NCBI GenBank assembly: GCA_965267295.1
Contig: OZ253946.1
Coordinates: 3,600,338 to 3,664,337, forward strand
Reading direction: 5' to 3'
Source of the DNA: Pseudomonadales bacterium
GTDB lineage: Bacteria > Pseudomonadota > Gammaproteobacteria > Pseudomonadales > Azotimanducaceae
Length of the DNA: 64,000 nucleotides
Part shown: positions 47,796-57,756 of the stretch, in pieces
How positions within the stretch are numbered: the stretch's first letter is position 1
Layout: every line of letters starts with the position of its first letter
Made by a program: the position numbers and the translations under genes
Notes under the pieces: generated by a model
The model's input: only the letters and a program-made list of their open reading frames with translations
What the model was told of the DNA's origin: nothing
Database searches by the model: none

Positions 47796-49134
47796 CGAAA
47801 CGCTGGCGGTCCTCATGTTCGTCAGCTTCATCCTGCTGGTGTTTACCGGCTTCCCCGTCGCGTGGCTTCTCGGCGGACTCGCTGTCATTTTCAGCGCACT
47901 CGCCGTGGTTCTGCAGGTGGACTTTGCGCTGCCGATCGGCATGGATTGGTCCTACACCTCCCTCACCGTGGACCGCATCTGGAACGTCATGGAGAACTGG
48001 GTGATGGTGGCGCTGCCCATGTTCATTTTCATGGGCCTGCTTCTCGACCGCTCGGGCATCGCCAACCAGCTGATGACGAGCTTCGCACGGCTTTTCGGCA
48101 GCGTGCGCGGTGGCCTTGCAATTACCGTGATCCTGATCGGACTTCTGCTGGCCGCCACAACCGGTATCATCGGCGCGTCTGTCGTATTGTTAGCCCTGTT
48201 GGGCCTCCCGGCGATGCTCGGCCAGGGATACGACAAATCACTCGCCTCCGGCACTGTCTGCGCCGTTGGTACGCTGGGGATTCTCATTCCACCGAGCATC
48301 ATGCTCGTCCTGATGGCCGACCGAATGTCCATGAGCGTGGGCGATCTTTTCCTCGGCGCAGTGTTTCCCGGCATGCTGCTCGGTGGTCTGTATATCTTCT
48401 ACGTTCTGGCCGTGGGACGCTTCCGGCCGGCCTATGCGCCGGCAGCGCCGAGCGGAGGCTTCGACATCGGCGTGCTCTTTGATCTCTTCAAAGCCATTCT
48501 GCCGCCCGCTTTCCTCATTCTCGCCGTTCTCGGCAGCATCTTCTTCGGCCTGGCAACGCCCACGGAGGCTGCGGGCGTGGGCGCTGCGGGAGCGTTGCTG
48601 CTCGCGTGGCTGAATCGCAAACTCAACCGCCAGGTCATGGGCGAAGTGCTGCAGGAAACCACCCGCACCACCGCCTTCATTTTTGCGGTGCTCCTGGGCG
48701 CCACCGCGTTTTCCCTGGTGCTGAGAGGCCTGGGAGGCGACGAGCTGATCGAACGCGTATTGCTCGGTTTACCCTTCGAACCAACCGGGATCATCATCTG
48801 CATCCTGATCGCCACGTTCATTCTGGGTTTCTTCCTGGACTGGATCGAACTCACGCTCATCGTGCTGCCGCTCGTGTCGCCAGTGGTGGCAAGTCTCGGT
48901 TTTGATCCGGTCTGGTTCACGATCCTGTTTGCGGTCTGCTTGCAGACGAGCTTCCTGACGCCACCCGTCGGGTTCGCAATTTTCTATCTCAAGGGTGTCG
49001 CCCCGGAGGGCGTGGACGTCGTCACGATCTATCGTGGTGTCGTGCCGTTCATCATCCTGCAGGTACTCGGCATGCTCATACTGTTCAACTGGGAGGCACT
49101 GGTCACCTGGCTCCCGGCACAGGCGTATGGGTAA
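47779..49134 (+). CDS. TRAP transporter large permease (DctM-like)
   Basis: 451 aa, polytopic. 17-nt overlap with the small permease. Confidence 0.9.
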
Positions 49135-49164
49135 AATATCGGTTTCGACCAGACCCTGCAGATC

Positions 49165-49938
49165 ATGAGCAGCTACGCCGTTACCGCGCGAAATTTCAGC
49201 ACTTCCAGCGAGAACCGCATCCATTCTGACGACATCGCCAGGAAGTTCGGTTTCAAAGGCGCGCTGGTTCCCGGCGTCGCCGTCTACGGACACCTGACGT
49301 ATCTGCTGGCGGAACGCTTCGGCGCCGAATGGCTGGAACACTCGGTCGACAATCTGCGGCTGCTCAAACCCGCCTATCATGACGACCGGCTGAGCTTCGA
49401 GCTCATCGAAGACAACGGGCAGCATGAGGTCCGCTGCTCCAACGCTGGCGGTGAGCTCCTGGCCACGCTGAGCAGCACGCTGCCCGAGCGCCTCCCGGCG
49501 GCTGAGCCGGAATCGATCTTCGACGGCAATCTGAAGCTCCCCGAGCGCGTTGAGATCTGCTGGGACAACGTTGAGCCCGGCCAGCCGTTCGGCCCCTGGG
49601 AAGTGGTTATCACCGAGGAGTTGAACCAGCGCTATACGAGCGAGGTGGCCGATCCGCTACCCTTCTACGACACCTACGCGCACCCGCATCTTCTGCTGTC
49701 GCTCGCCAACACGGCGCTCACGAAAGAATACGTGATGCCAACCTGGATTCACGTTGGCTCCGAAACGCGCCACCGCGCAGCGCTCAAAGTCGGCGACACC
49801 GTGACGCTACGAACGGTGCCGCTCGAGAAGTGGCAGAAGAAAGGACACGAGTTCATCAGCCTGTACGTCAGTCTCTGGCGGGGGGACGAGCTCACCACCG
49901 ACACGCGCCACACCGCCATCTTCAAGGTTGCCGCATGA
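49165..49938 (+). CDS. MaoC-like / double hot-dog fold protein
   Basis: 257 aa. NRIHSDDIARKFGFKGALVPG resembles the MaoC dehydratase motif in the first half. The second half (PTWIHVGSETRH ... GDTVTL) looks like a second hot-dog. Confidence 0.65.
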   Translation: MSSYAVTARNFSTSSENRIHSDDIARKFGFKGALVPGVAVYGHLTYLLAERFGAEWLEHSVDNLRLLKPAYHDDRLSFELIEDNGQHEVRCSNAGGELLATLSSTLPERLPAAEPESIFDGNLKLPERVEICWDNVEPGQPFGPWEVVITEELNQRYTSEVADPLPFYDTYAHPHLLLSLANTALTKEYVMPTWIHVGSETRHRAALKVGDTVTLRTVPLEKWQKKGHEFISLYVSLWRGDELTTDTRHTAIFKVAA

Positions 49939-50531
49939 TGCGATTCGCGGTGCTCGCCTCCCACGAGGGCACGACGCTCCAGGCCGTGCTGGACGCCTGT
50001 GCGGACGGCGCTCTGGACGCCGAGGTGGTACTCGTGGTCAGTAACAACAGCGCGTCCGGCGCCATCCGCAGAGCAGCTGAGGCCAACGTCCCCACGTTGC
50101 ACCTGAGCGGCAAAACCCATCCCGATCCCGAGGCTCACGACGCGGCGCTGCTGCAGGCGCTCACCGACAACCACGCGGATTGGATTCTCCTCCTCGGCTA
50201 TATGAAAAAGCTCGGTGCAAGCACGCTTTCTGCCTTCAGCGGACGCATCATCAACACGCATCCTGCGCTCCTGCCGAAGTTCGGCGGTCAGGGCTATTTC
50301 GGCCGCAAAGTCCACGAAGCCGTGATCGAGGCGGGCGAGAGCGAGAGCGGCGCAACCGTGCATCTGGTTGACGTGGAGTACGACACCGGCCCGCTGCTGT
50401 CACAGGTCCGCGTACCGGTCATCCCCGGCGAAACGGTGGACAGCCTCGAAGCCAAGGTGAAAGCCGCCGAGCAGAAGCTCCTGATCCATACGCTGGCGGA
50501 ACTGACCCGCCCCCAGGCATCAAATTTCTAA
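49935..50531 (+). CDS. purN: phosphoribosylglycinamide formyltransferase
   Basis: RFAVLASHEGTTLQAVLDA ... INTHPALLPKFGG ... GATVHLVDVEYDTGP. ATGA overlap with the preceding gene. Confidence 0.88.
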   Translation: MMRFAVLASHEGTTLQAVLDACADGALDAEVVLVVSNNSASGAIRRAAEANVPTLHLSGKTHPDPEAHDAALLQALTDNHADWILLLGYMKKLGASTLSAFSGRIINTHPALLPKFGGQGYFGRKVHEAVIEAGESESGATVHLVDVEYDTGPLLSQVRVPVIPGETVDSLEAKVKAAEQKLLIHTLAELTRPQASNF

Positions 50532-50532
50532 C

Positions 50533-51039
50533 GTGCGCCCGACCATTCGCGCGCTCGAGAAAGACGACGCCGCAAGCTATCGCACCTGCCGGTTGAACGC
50601 GCTCAAGCTTGCGCCTACTGCGTTCAGCTCGAGCTTCGAAACGACCAGCAAGCTGCCCGAGAGCCACTTCGAAGCGCGCGTCGCGTTCGAGCCACACAGT
50701 TTCATTTTCGGTGCCTTTGCCGGCGACGCTCTGGTGGGCACGGCCGGCGGCTTTGTCGATCCTGAAATCAAGTGCAGCCATATCGGCTACGTGGTGGGTA
50801 TGTGGGTGGAACCTGCCTTCCGGGGACGGGGTCTGTCACGCGAGCTGCTGACCGCCGTGCTCGAGCGGTTTCGCAAGCTCGACGGCATCCGCACCGTGCA
50901 GCTGGGGGTCACCGAAGGCAACGCAGAGGCGCTGCAGCTGTATCAGAGCGCGGGTTTCAGAGAGTGGGGTAACGAGCCTGACGCAATAGTGGTGGACGGC
51001 ACGTCCTATCGCCAGATACACATGGCATTGACGTTATAG
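50533..51039 (+). CDS. GNAT family N-acetyltransferase
   Basis: 168 aa. VGMWVEPAFRGRGLSRELL is the acetyl-CoA binding motif. GTG start 1 nt after the purN stop. Confidence 0.8.
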   Translation: MRPTIRALEKDDAASYRTCRLNALKLAPTAFSSSFETTSKLPESHFEARVAFEPHSFIFGAFAGDALVGTAGGFVDPEIKCSHIGYVVGMWVEPAFRGRGLSRELLTAVLERFRKLDGIRTVQLGVTEGNAEALQLYQSAGFREWGNEPDAIVVDGTSYRQIHMALTL

Positions 51040-51040
51040 C

Positions 51041-51355
51041 TCAGCCTTCCGCCGCAGCTTCCTCGCGGGTGTAAAAACGGCCGTTTTTGACGAATCCCGC
51101 CACGACGCTGTCGATCAGCTCGAGCACGTTACCGCGGTCATCGCAACGTGAGGCCCATGCCTTCGGCAAGGCTGCAATCAGGTGCATCGGTGCCGGCTTG
51201 CCGTTCGGCAGACGCGCCAGCTCCACGCGACCGTCAACCCGGTTGCAGAAGGCGGGGATGAATTGATGCTGGCAGGCAACGGCGCTTTCTCCACACGTGC
51301 CCTGGTAGGCGGTGGATTCCTGCGTCACTGCAAGCTGGTTCCTGTGTCGGCTCAT
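51041..51355 (-). CDS. hypothetical protein
   Basis: 104-aa ORF with plausible composition and several Cys (QGTCGESAVACQHQFIPAFC). No family recognised. Confidence 0.45.
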   Translation of the reverse strand: MSRHRNQLAVTQESTAYQGTCGESAVACQHQFIPAFCNRVDGRVELARLPNGKPAPMHLIAALPKAWASRCDDRGNVLELIDSVVAGFVKNGRFYTREEAAAEG

Positions 51356-51459
51356 AACTGCTCTCCGACGGTCGTCATCTCGTGTCGCAAAGTATTAAGC
51401 ATCATTCGTGCCAACGCTCGACTGCCTCAAAAGTCCCGTTTATGAAAGCCCAAACCACG

Positions 51460-51479
51460 TGAACGTCAAATGAACGTCA
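51460..51479. promoter_or_regulatory. direct repeat TGAACGTCA x2 with 11-bp period in a divergent promoter region
   Basis: TGAACGTCA-AA-TGAACGTCA lies between divergent genes starting at 51355 (-) and 51637 (+). Confidence 0.4.
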
Positions 51480-51636
51480 TTTTCGTCTGACCCAGAAGGG
51501 CAGCGGACGGCAAAAACGACCAGAATTGCCGCTGAAGGCACCCTGCATCGGGCGTTTATATGCAATTATATTGCCTATTTAGGGCTGCTTTCCCCGGCAG
51601 ACAATTTATACTCAGCGCAAAACAGGGCTGAGCGCC

Positions 51637-52365
51637 ATGCAGGACTACGACCCCCGCTCGACATTCGCCGACGAGGCAGCCGCCATTGCGCATGACCAGC
51701 GCGGTGATGAGCAGGAATCGGTGGCGCTCCTCGCCGAGCTTGCCGGAGACGGCCGGGTACTCGAGCTTGCAATCGGCACCGGACGAATTGCCCTGCCGCT
51801 TGCCGCAACCGGGCTGACCGTCGACGGCATCGACTTCGCACCGGCCATGCTCGACCGGCTGCGGGCGAAACCGGGCGGCGAGCAGCTGGCGCTGTTCGAG
51901 GCGGACTTCGCGGACGTCGACGTCTCGGGCCGGTACGCGCTCATCTATATCGTATGGAACTCGTTCTTCAACCTGCTGACTCAGGAACGCCAGACAACCT
52001 GCTTCGCCAACGTCGCCGAGCACCTAGAGCCCGGGGGACTGTTCCTCATCGAAGCGTTCGTGCCCGCGTTTCTGCACCGTTACGACAACCACCAGAACGT
52101 CAGCGCCGAGCACATGGGGACCGACAAAGTGGGACTCGCCGTCATCATGCACGATGCCGCCGGGCAACGTCTGGATCAGCAGCACGTGGTTCTGAGCCCA
52201 GGCGGCACAAGCATGACCCCGGTAGCGCAGCGTTACGCCTGGCCGGCTGAACTCGACCTGATGGCGAAGCTCGCCGGGCTCGAGCTTGCCGATCGCTGGG
52301 GTGGGTGGAACAAGGAACCGTTTACGTCAGACAGCGCTCTGCACGTCTCCGTTTACCGCAGGTAG
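51637..52365 (+). CDS. class I SAM-dependent methyltransferase
   Basis: Motif I VLELAIGTGRIALPLA. 242 aa. Confidence 0.8.
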   Translation: MQDYDPRSTFADEAAAIAHDQRGDEQESVALLAELAGDGRVLELAIGTGRIALPLAATGLTVDGIDFAPAMLDRLRAKPGGEQLALFEADFADVDVSGRYALIYIVWNSFFNLLTQERQTTCFANVAEHLEPGGLFLIEAFVPAFLHRYDNHQNVSAEHMGTDKVGLAVIMHDAAGQRLDQQHVVLSPGGTSMTPVAQRYAWPAELDLMAKLAGLELADRWGGWNKEPFTSDSALHVSVYRR

Positions 52366-53451
52366 TCAGCCCGCACCCAGCATACGCAATCGATCCCGGG
52401 CATCAGCCGCGAGATCGGCGGTGAGCTCCGCCGCCGGGAGCGGTTGCGCGAGTGCGGCCGCCTGCCCCGCCCACAGCGAGGAAAACCCGTCATCCCCGCG
52501 CGCTTCCGCAGCTGCTTTGAGGGGGGCAAGCGCACCTCCCGCGGTGGGGAACGCGGGGGCTCGTGAAGACATCGGACCCAACTCCCGCATGACCCGGTTG
52601 ACAACCCCCCGCGCCGGACGGCCCGAAAACAAGTTCGTCAACGCTGTGCTGTCATCGCCAGCCTTCTCGAGTGCCGCCAGATGCAGAGGCGGCGTAAGCG
52701 ATTCGGGGCAACGCAGGTACACGGTACCCAACTGCACAGCCGCCGCGCCGAGAACAAACGCAGCGGCAATGCCCCGGCCATCGGCAATCCCGCCGGTCGC
52801 AATGACCGGTATCGACACGACGTCCGCAATCTGCGGCACCAGCGCAAAGGTACCCACCTGCCTGCTGATATCCGACTCGAGAAACATCCCGCGGTGTCCT
52901 CCCGCTTCGGCACCCTGGGCAATCACGGCATGACATCCGCGCGCTTCCAGCCACCGGGCTTCGGTGACCGTCGTTGCCGAGCTGACAACCAAGGTCCCTG
53001 TCGCAAACACCCGATCCAGCAGCGACTCTTCCGGGAGACCAAAATGAAAGCTGACCATCTCCGGCCGGGTTTGCTCCACCACTTCACACATCGCAGCATC
53101 AAAGGGCGCACGTCCGGGCGCCGCCGCCACAGAAGAAGGATCCACGCCGAGCTCCGCGTAATAGGGTTCCAGACATTCCCGCCATACCTGCTCCCGTTCC
53201 GCGTCGGGTGACGACGGCGTGTGACAGAAGAAATTGAGGTTCAGCGGCCCCGGAGCCTGTTGTCGCACCATGCCTACCTGCGCCCGCGCCGTGTCGACGT
53301 CGAGCATGGCACAGGGCAGAGACCCCACGCCGCCAGCCGCACAAACCGCCGCGGCCAGATCGACGCCACCCACCCCGGCCATCGGCGCCTGAATGATAGG
53401 CAGATTGTTACCCAACCGGTCCAGCAGCCATGTGTCCGGCCAAGGGCTCAT
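52366..53451 (-). CDS. nitronate monooxygenase (NMO / 2-nitropropane dioxygenase-like)
   Basis: LPIIQAPMAGVGG and VIATGGIADGRG segments. ATG 53451 overlaps the upstream stop (ATGA). The ORF-track start 53664 lies inside the upstream gene. Confidence 0.85.
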   Translation of the reverse strand: MSPWPDTWLLDRLGNNLPIIQAPMAGVGGVDLAAAVCAAGGVGSLPCAMLDVDTARAQVGMVRQQAPGPLNLNFFCHTPSSPDAEREQVWRECLEPYYAELGVDPSSVAAAPGRAPFDAAMCEVVEQTRPEMVSFHFGLPEESLLDRVFATGTLVVSSATTVTEARWLEARGCHAVIAQGAEAGGHRGMFLESDISRQVGTFALVPQIADVVSIPVIATGGIADGRGIAAAFVLGAAAVQLGTVYLRCPESLTPPLHLAALEKAGDDSTALTNLFSGRPARGVVNRVMRELGPMSSRAPAFPTAGGALAPLKAAAEARGDDGFSSLWAGQAAALAQPLPAAELTADLAADARDRLRMLGAG

Positions 53452-54236
53452 CCCTGCAACACCTCCAGCGCACGGCGATGCAGCACAGGATTTGCCGATG
53501 CGAGCACGGTCCCGCCCATGCTGGGATCTTCGCCATCGTACGTTGTAATGACCCCACCGGCGCCGCGAATAATCGGAATCAGCGCCTGAATATCGTATGG
53601 ATTGAGCGAGGCATCCGTCGCCAGGTGCACATAGCCCATGGCAGCAACCCCGAAGAGATAGCAATCACCGCCTATGCGGCAGAGCTGCACGGCATCACGC
53701 AACCGGTCGAACTGCGCGCGCTCCTGCGCGGGAAACCAGTCGACACCGGTGGTCGCCAGCACAGCCTGCCCCACGTCTTCGCGATCTGAAGTAACAAGCG
53801 CGCGCTGCGCACCCCCGCGCTCGAAGGTCGCGTGCTGATTGTCCCCGGCGAACAGCTCATCGGTGTAAGGCTGATACATGACACCGACAACCGGCGTCTC
53901 ACCATCAAAAAGCGCCAGCAGCACCCCCCAATGCAGCATGCCAGACATGAACGCCCGCGTGCCATCGATCGGGTCGATCACCCAGGTAAGCCCGTTACCG
54001 CTCTGATAGCCAAACTCTTCCCCGAACACACCGTGCTCTGGATAGGTACTGCCCAGCGCTTCTCGAATCACCGTTTCCGCAGCCTTGTCAGCCTCGGTCA
54101 CCGGATCAAACCGTCCATCCGTCAGCTTGTTTTCAACGACCGCATCAGCCCGAAAATAAGGCAACGTCGCCGCACCCGCGCGGCGCACAAGCACTTTTGC
54201 AAAGTCGAGGAACTCGGCCCTCTGCGAATCCGACAC
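53448..54236 (-). CDS. inositol monophosphatase family protein
   Basis: EADKAAE ... WVIDPIDGTRAF ... motif set. GTG 54236 gives a ~262-aa product typical of the family. The ORF-track start is 54377. Confidence 0.85.
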   Translation of the reverse strand: MSDSQRAEFLDFAKVLVRRAGAATLPYFRADAVVENKLTDGRFDPVTEADKAAETVIREALGSTYPEHGVFGEEFGYQSGNGLTWVIDPIDGTRAFMSGMLHWGVLLALFDGETPVVGVMYQPYTDELFAGDNQHATFERGGAQRALVTSDREDVGQAVLATTGVDWFPAQERAQFDRLRDAVQLCRIGGDCYLFGVAAMGYVHLATDASLNPYDIQALIPIIRGAGGVITTYDGEDPSMGGTVLASANPVLHRRALEVLQG

Positions 54237-54330
54237 CGAGGTTTTGGGTCCGTAACCAAATGCACTCACGAGGTTTACGCCTGTAAGGGAGGAGATATAA
54301 GATCGCGAAATATACCAACCGGAGCGACCG

Positions 54331-54711
54331 ATGTCTGACCTGATCCTGCCGGAGGCGATGAAGCCCGCATACGACAACTTCCACTTCGCACCTGCGCAGC
54401 GACACGACGGCGTCGTCTACGCTTCAGGTCAGATTGGGACCGGAGCTGGCGGCAAAGTGCCCGAATCAGCAGAAGAAGAGTTCCGCAACGCCTGGCAGGC
54501 GGTAGGCCTGATTCTCAATGAGGCAGGACTCGATTTCGCCAACATCATCGAATTCACGAGCTATCACGTGGGACTACAGGAACACCTTGGCACGTTCATG
54601 AAGGTGAAGGACGAGTTCGTCAAAGAACCGTATCCCGCATGGACGGCAATTGGGATTACCGAGTTAGCGGTACCAGGTGCGCGGGTGGAGATTCGGGTTA
54701 GGGCGGGATAG
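54331..54711 (+). CDS. RidA/YjgF family protein
   Basis: 126 aa. VYASGQIG ... ITELAVPGARVEI pattern. GGAG SD. Confidence 0.85.
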   Translation: MSDLILPEAMKPAYDNFHFAPAQRHDGVVYASGQIGTGAGGKVPESAEEEFRNAWQAVGLILNEAGLDFANIIEFTSYHVGLQEHLGTFMKVKDEFVKEPYPAWTAIGITELAVPGARVEIRVRAG

Positions 54712-55474
54712 CGCCTTTGTGCGCGACAATCAGATCGCAATAGTCTCGATAACAAGTAGTCGATACTTCTATCACCAAGCCGGCACTGGTTACAATTTTC
54801 TCGAACTCTTCATGCGTGTGAAGCCACATCAAGCCCTTGTCCTGATCTTTAGTGGCATTACGGTTCTGGCGAAGCCCCTGACGGTTTTCATAGAACGCCG
54901 AAAAGAAGCGCATCGGACCGAACCGGCGCACGGTATTCGAAAATATATACCAGGTCCAATCCACCAAACGCTGCCTGCGACCAAAGTCTATCAGGTACAG
55001 TTTCCCATCAGGTTTTAACCAAGTATTTATCAGCTTAAGTACGAGGTCTTGCGGTGGGGCAGTGTTTAGAGAGTTCACACACACGATCAGGTCAAACTCG
55101 TCCTCTTCGAAAGTCGCCCTCTGCATAAATTCTTCGACTATCTCGACTTTTTCAATTCCCTTTTCCTTGTACTTGCTCTTCGCAACTCGATTCATTGCTG
55201 GATCTGAATCTAGGTGGACGAAGTCTGCTGAAGGAACTAGATCGTGCAGAGCGAGTACAAAATTACCTGTACCCGCACCCAAATCTAAAACTTTTGGCGC
55301 TTCGGGGAGTTCCAGTCTCCCGACTATGTCCAAAAGATAGTCGATGTTTTCTTGATAGGCTGGAATCAGCTCGCACATACTGTCGAACTGATCTGCATAA
55401 GCGCTGTACTCTAGCCGTCGCTCATCGTCCTTGACAGGCGCCGTAAGCACTTCGACGGGCTCGGCTCTGTTCAT
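54698..55474 (-). CDS. class I SAM-dependent methyltransferase (island)
   Basis: Motif I VLDLGAGTGNFVLAL and post-I acidic residue (VHLDSD). 258 aa. The last 14 nt run antisense into the RidA-like gene. Confidence 0.8.
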   Translation of the reverse strand: MNRAEPVEVLTAPVKDDERRLEYSAYADQFDSMCELIPAYQENIDYLLDIVGRLELPEAPKVLDLGAGTGNFVLALHDLVPSADFVHLDSDPAMNRVAKSKYKEKGIEKVEIVEEFMQRATFEEDEFDLIVCVNSLNTAPPQDLVLKLINTWLKPDGKLYLIDFGRRQRLVDWTWYIFSNTVRRFGPMRFFSAFYENRQGLRQNRNATKDQDKGLMWLHTHEEFEKIVTSAGLVIEVSTTCYRDYCDLIVAHKGAIPP

Positions 55475-55490
55475 TTACTGCAACAAAAAG

Positions 55491-57743
55491 CTACGCAGCT
55501 TGTTTTCTAGCAGCCCAGCCTAACATCTTGGGAAGCATAAACAAGTCCATAACCAACGCACACACGATAATTAGCGCGGAGCAGGCTCCAAACGTGCTAT
55601 TGAGCGCAAAGTCGGAGAAATACAGCACCGCAAATCCGGCCACTAGAGCGATAGATGAAGTCACGATTGAGGTACCTACCCTATGCACCGCGTAGGCACC
55701 AGCTTCGACTGCATCAAAGTCTAACCTCTCTCGGGCATCGACGAACCGGTAGATGATGTGTATCGCATCGTCAATGACGACTCCCATACAAACAGCAATT
55801 ATCACGGTAGTTGAAAGTCCAACCGAGTCTACAAAAAGACCCCAAATACCGAATCCACAAACCACCGGAACGACAGTAGTAACCAAGGCTACGAGTCCAA
55901 TTTGCCAACTGCCAAACAGGAGGCCCAAAGCAATTGAAGTAATCACGAACGACAACAGAATCGAAGTAACCACCGCGCGAATGTTCTCCGAGGTTAGATG
56001 CGATATTGGAATACTCTCCCCAGTTACTTCCACCGTATAGCTGCCGGAGAATCGCTCAGCCCAATCGTAGATATCTTGTTCCAACTCTCGCACCTGGGAG
56101 GAGGTGATATCACCGCTGACAACGGAAACCCGAGCTTTGTTGCGACCCACTCCAACGAGATCACCCGCATCCTGGCCGTGCTCCAAAGACATTTCATGAG
56201 CGAGTAGATATTGCGCAACCGCCTCGCTGGTGAGTGACTCCACATCTGAGCCATCTCCAAGATGAACGTGCATTTCCTCCACAACATCCGCAATCGAGAT
56301 CACGTTTTTTACACTCGGGTGTTGGCGCAGATATTTCGCTAGTTGGTCAACTACTGCAACAAATTGCGGGTCGTCAATGCCTTGCTCTTTAGTACTGCCA
56401 ACTACAACCTCTACGTTGTTCGGTCCGAAAAGCTTTTCAGAAACGAACTCAGTATCCTTTCGGAACGAGTTCTCAGTATCGAAGTAACGCACGAAATCAT
56501 CGTCAATTTCCAAGCTGACGATACTAAGCCCAGATAGCGCAACCAGGAGAATCAACAGGACCGAGGTCGGTCTCTCTTTCTCCATACTGCGCGCCAAAAG
56601 ATTTAACTTCCTTTGAAGGTATTCCTGCCACTTCGACCCAGAGATCGAGTTTGAATAGGACAAAGTTAGCGGGACGATCAGCAACAGAATCGCAGTACCA
56701 GTCGCAATTCCCACGGAGGTCCAAATCCCGATTTCTTGGATGGGGGGTGATGTGACAAACGCCAACGAACCTAAACAAACAATCGTTGTAATGCCTGTTA
56801 AACAAATCGGTACAAGTTGAGCCCCCAGCGCTGCATCAACTGCTTCGGAAACTGATAGTCTGCGGTTCTCACCAAGCGCTCTCACCACGTGCATGTAGAG
56901 ATGTGTTGATGTTGCAACTACGATCGTGAAAAGGATGAGGGGAATCGTTGCGGTAGCGGTGTTTAACACCAAACCAAACCAACCTGCTGCGCCCAATGTG
57001 ATCACCATCGTTGAGAGACCAAGCATCGATAGAGCACCGGCGACGAAAAGGTTGGAATAAGCAATCACTAGTATGACGAACGTGAGCGAAATCGCGGCCG
57101 CAAGGATACCTCCGATATCTCGGTTTGCTGCGTCCAAGAACGCCTGCATCAACGGAATTGTCCCAACAAATCGTACGTCGACGCTGTATTTCTCTTTCAG
57201 GCTCTCGACTAATTCTGTAGTTTCCCGGTGTATCCGTTGCACCTCCCCAGGAGCACCGACGTCAAAATCCAGCGTCGCGATGATCGCAAAGGACGTTAGA
57301 TCTTGACTGACGAACCTGCCGATCATCCGATCATCCAGAAGAACCGATGTGTTAGAGCAAGTGTCTGGGCAGGATTCCGCAAGGTACGTCGAAACGACTA
57401 GGTCGTCAGCAGTAGATTTAATAAAAGGCTGGTTCGCGATCGAATCGACTCTTACAACTCCTTCTACATCCAACAACCCTTTGGCAGCGTTCCCAATTAG
57501 CGACGGGGCCACATCACAGTCCGCAAGTGGCAGATCACAGACAACTACTAAAAGCATCTTTGTATTCGATCTGAATTCGGATTCGAACTCGGATAGAGCT
57601 GAAAATCGAGCATCTTCCGAGCCGTAGAACACCCTGTTGTCGGCAGTTATGGAGAGCCGGGTTAGACCAACGAAAGACACGAGAAGGAGGATGCCAAATA
57701 CACCCCAAATGAAAACCTGGTAATCCCTAAGTGTGCTTAACAA
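55491..57743 (-). CDS. RND-superfamily MMPL/HpnN-like exporter (island)
   Basis: 750 aa. The layout is duplicated: one helix, a ~170-aa soluble loop, then five helices, twice. This matches MMPL/COG1033-type lipid exporters. TTG start 13 nt after the upstream stop. Confidence 0.85.
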   Translation of the reverse strand: MLSTLRDYQVFIWGVFGILLLVSFVGLTRLSITADNRVFYGSEDARFSALSEFESEFRSNTKMLLVVVCDLPLADCDVAPSLIGNAAKGLLDVEGVVRVDSIANQPFIKSTADDLVVSTYLAESCPDTCSNTSVLLDDRMIGRFVSQDLTSFAIIATLDFDVGAPGEVQRIHRETTELVESLKEKYSVDVRFVGTIPLMQAFLDAANRDIGGILAAAISLTFVILVIAYSNLFVAGALSMLGLSTMVITLGAAGWFGLVLNTATATIPLILFTIVVATSTHLYMHVVRALGENRRLSVSEAVDAALGAQLVPICLTGITTIVCLGSLAFVTSPPIQEIGIWTSVGIATGTAILLLIVPLTLSYSNSISGSKWQEYLQRKLNLLARSMEKERPTSVLLILLVALSGLSIVSLEIDDDFVRYFDTENSFRKDTEFVSEKLFGPNNVEVVVGSTKEQGIDDPQFVAVVDQLAKYLRQHPSVKNVISIADVVEEMHVHLGDGSDVESLTSEAVAQYLLAHEMSLEHGQDAGDLVGVGRNKARVSVVSGDITSSQVRELEQDIYDWAERFSGSYTVEVTGESIPISHLTSENIRAVVTSILLSFVITSIALGLLFGSWQIGLVALVTTVVPVVCGFGIWGLFVDSVGLSTTVIIAVCMGVVIDDAIHIIYRFVDARERLDFDAVEAGAYAVHRVGTSIVTSSIALVAGFAVLYFSDFALNSTFGACSALIIVCALVMDLFMLPKMLGWAARKQAA

Positions 57744-57756
57744 AGCTACGGCTCAA

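Noticed and set aside
54713-54726. Imperfect 14-bp direct repeat at the island borders: GCCTTTGTGCGCGA at 54713-54726 and GCGTTTGTGCGTGA at 62955-62968. This could be an att-like duplication.
   Set aside because: Only 12 of 14 positions are identical. The right copy lies inside the amidohydrolase coding region beyond the compositional edge. A match of this size is plausible by chance, and no integrase is present to give it meaning.
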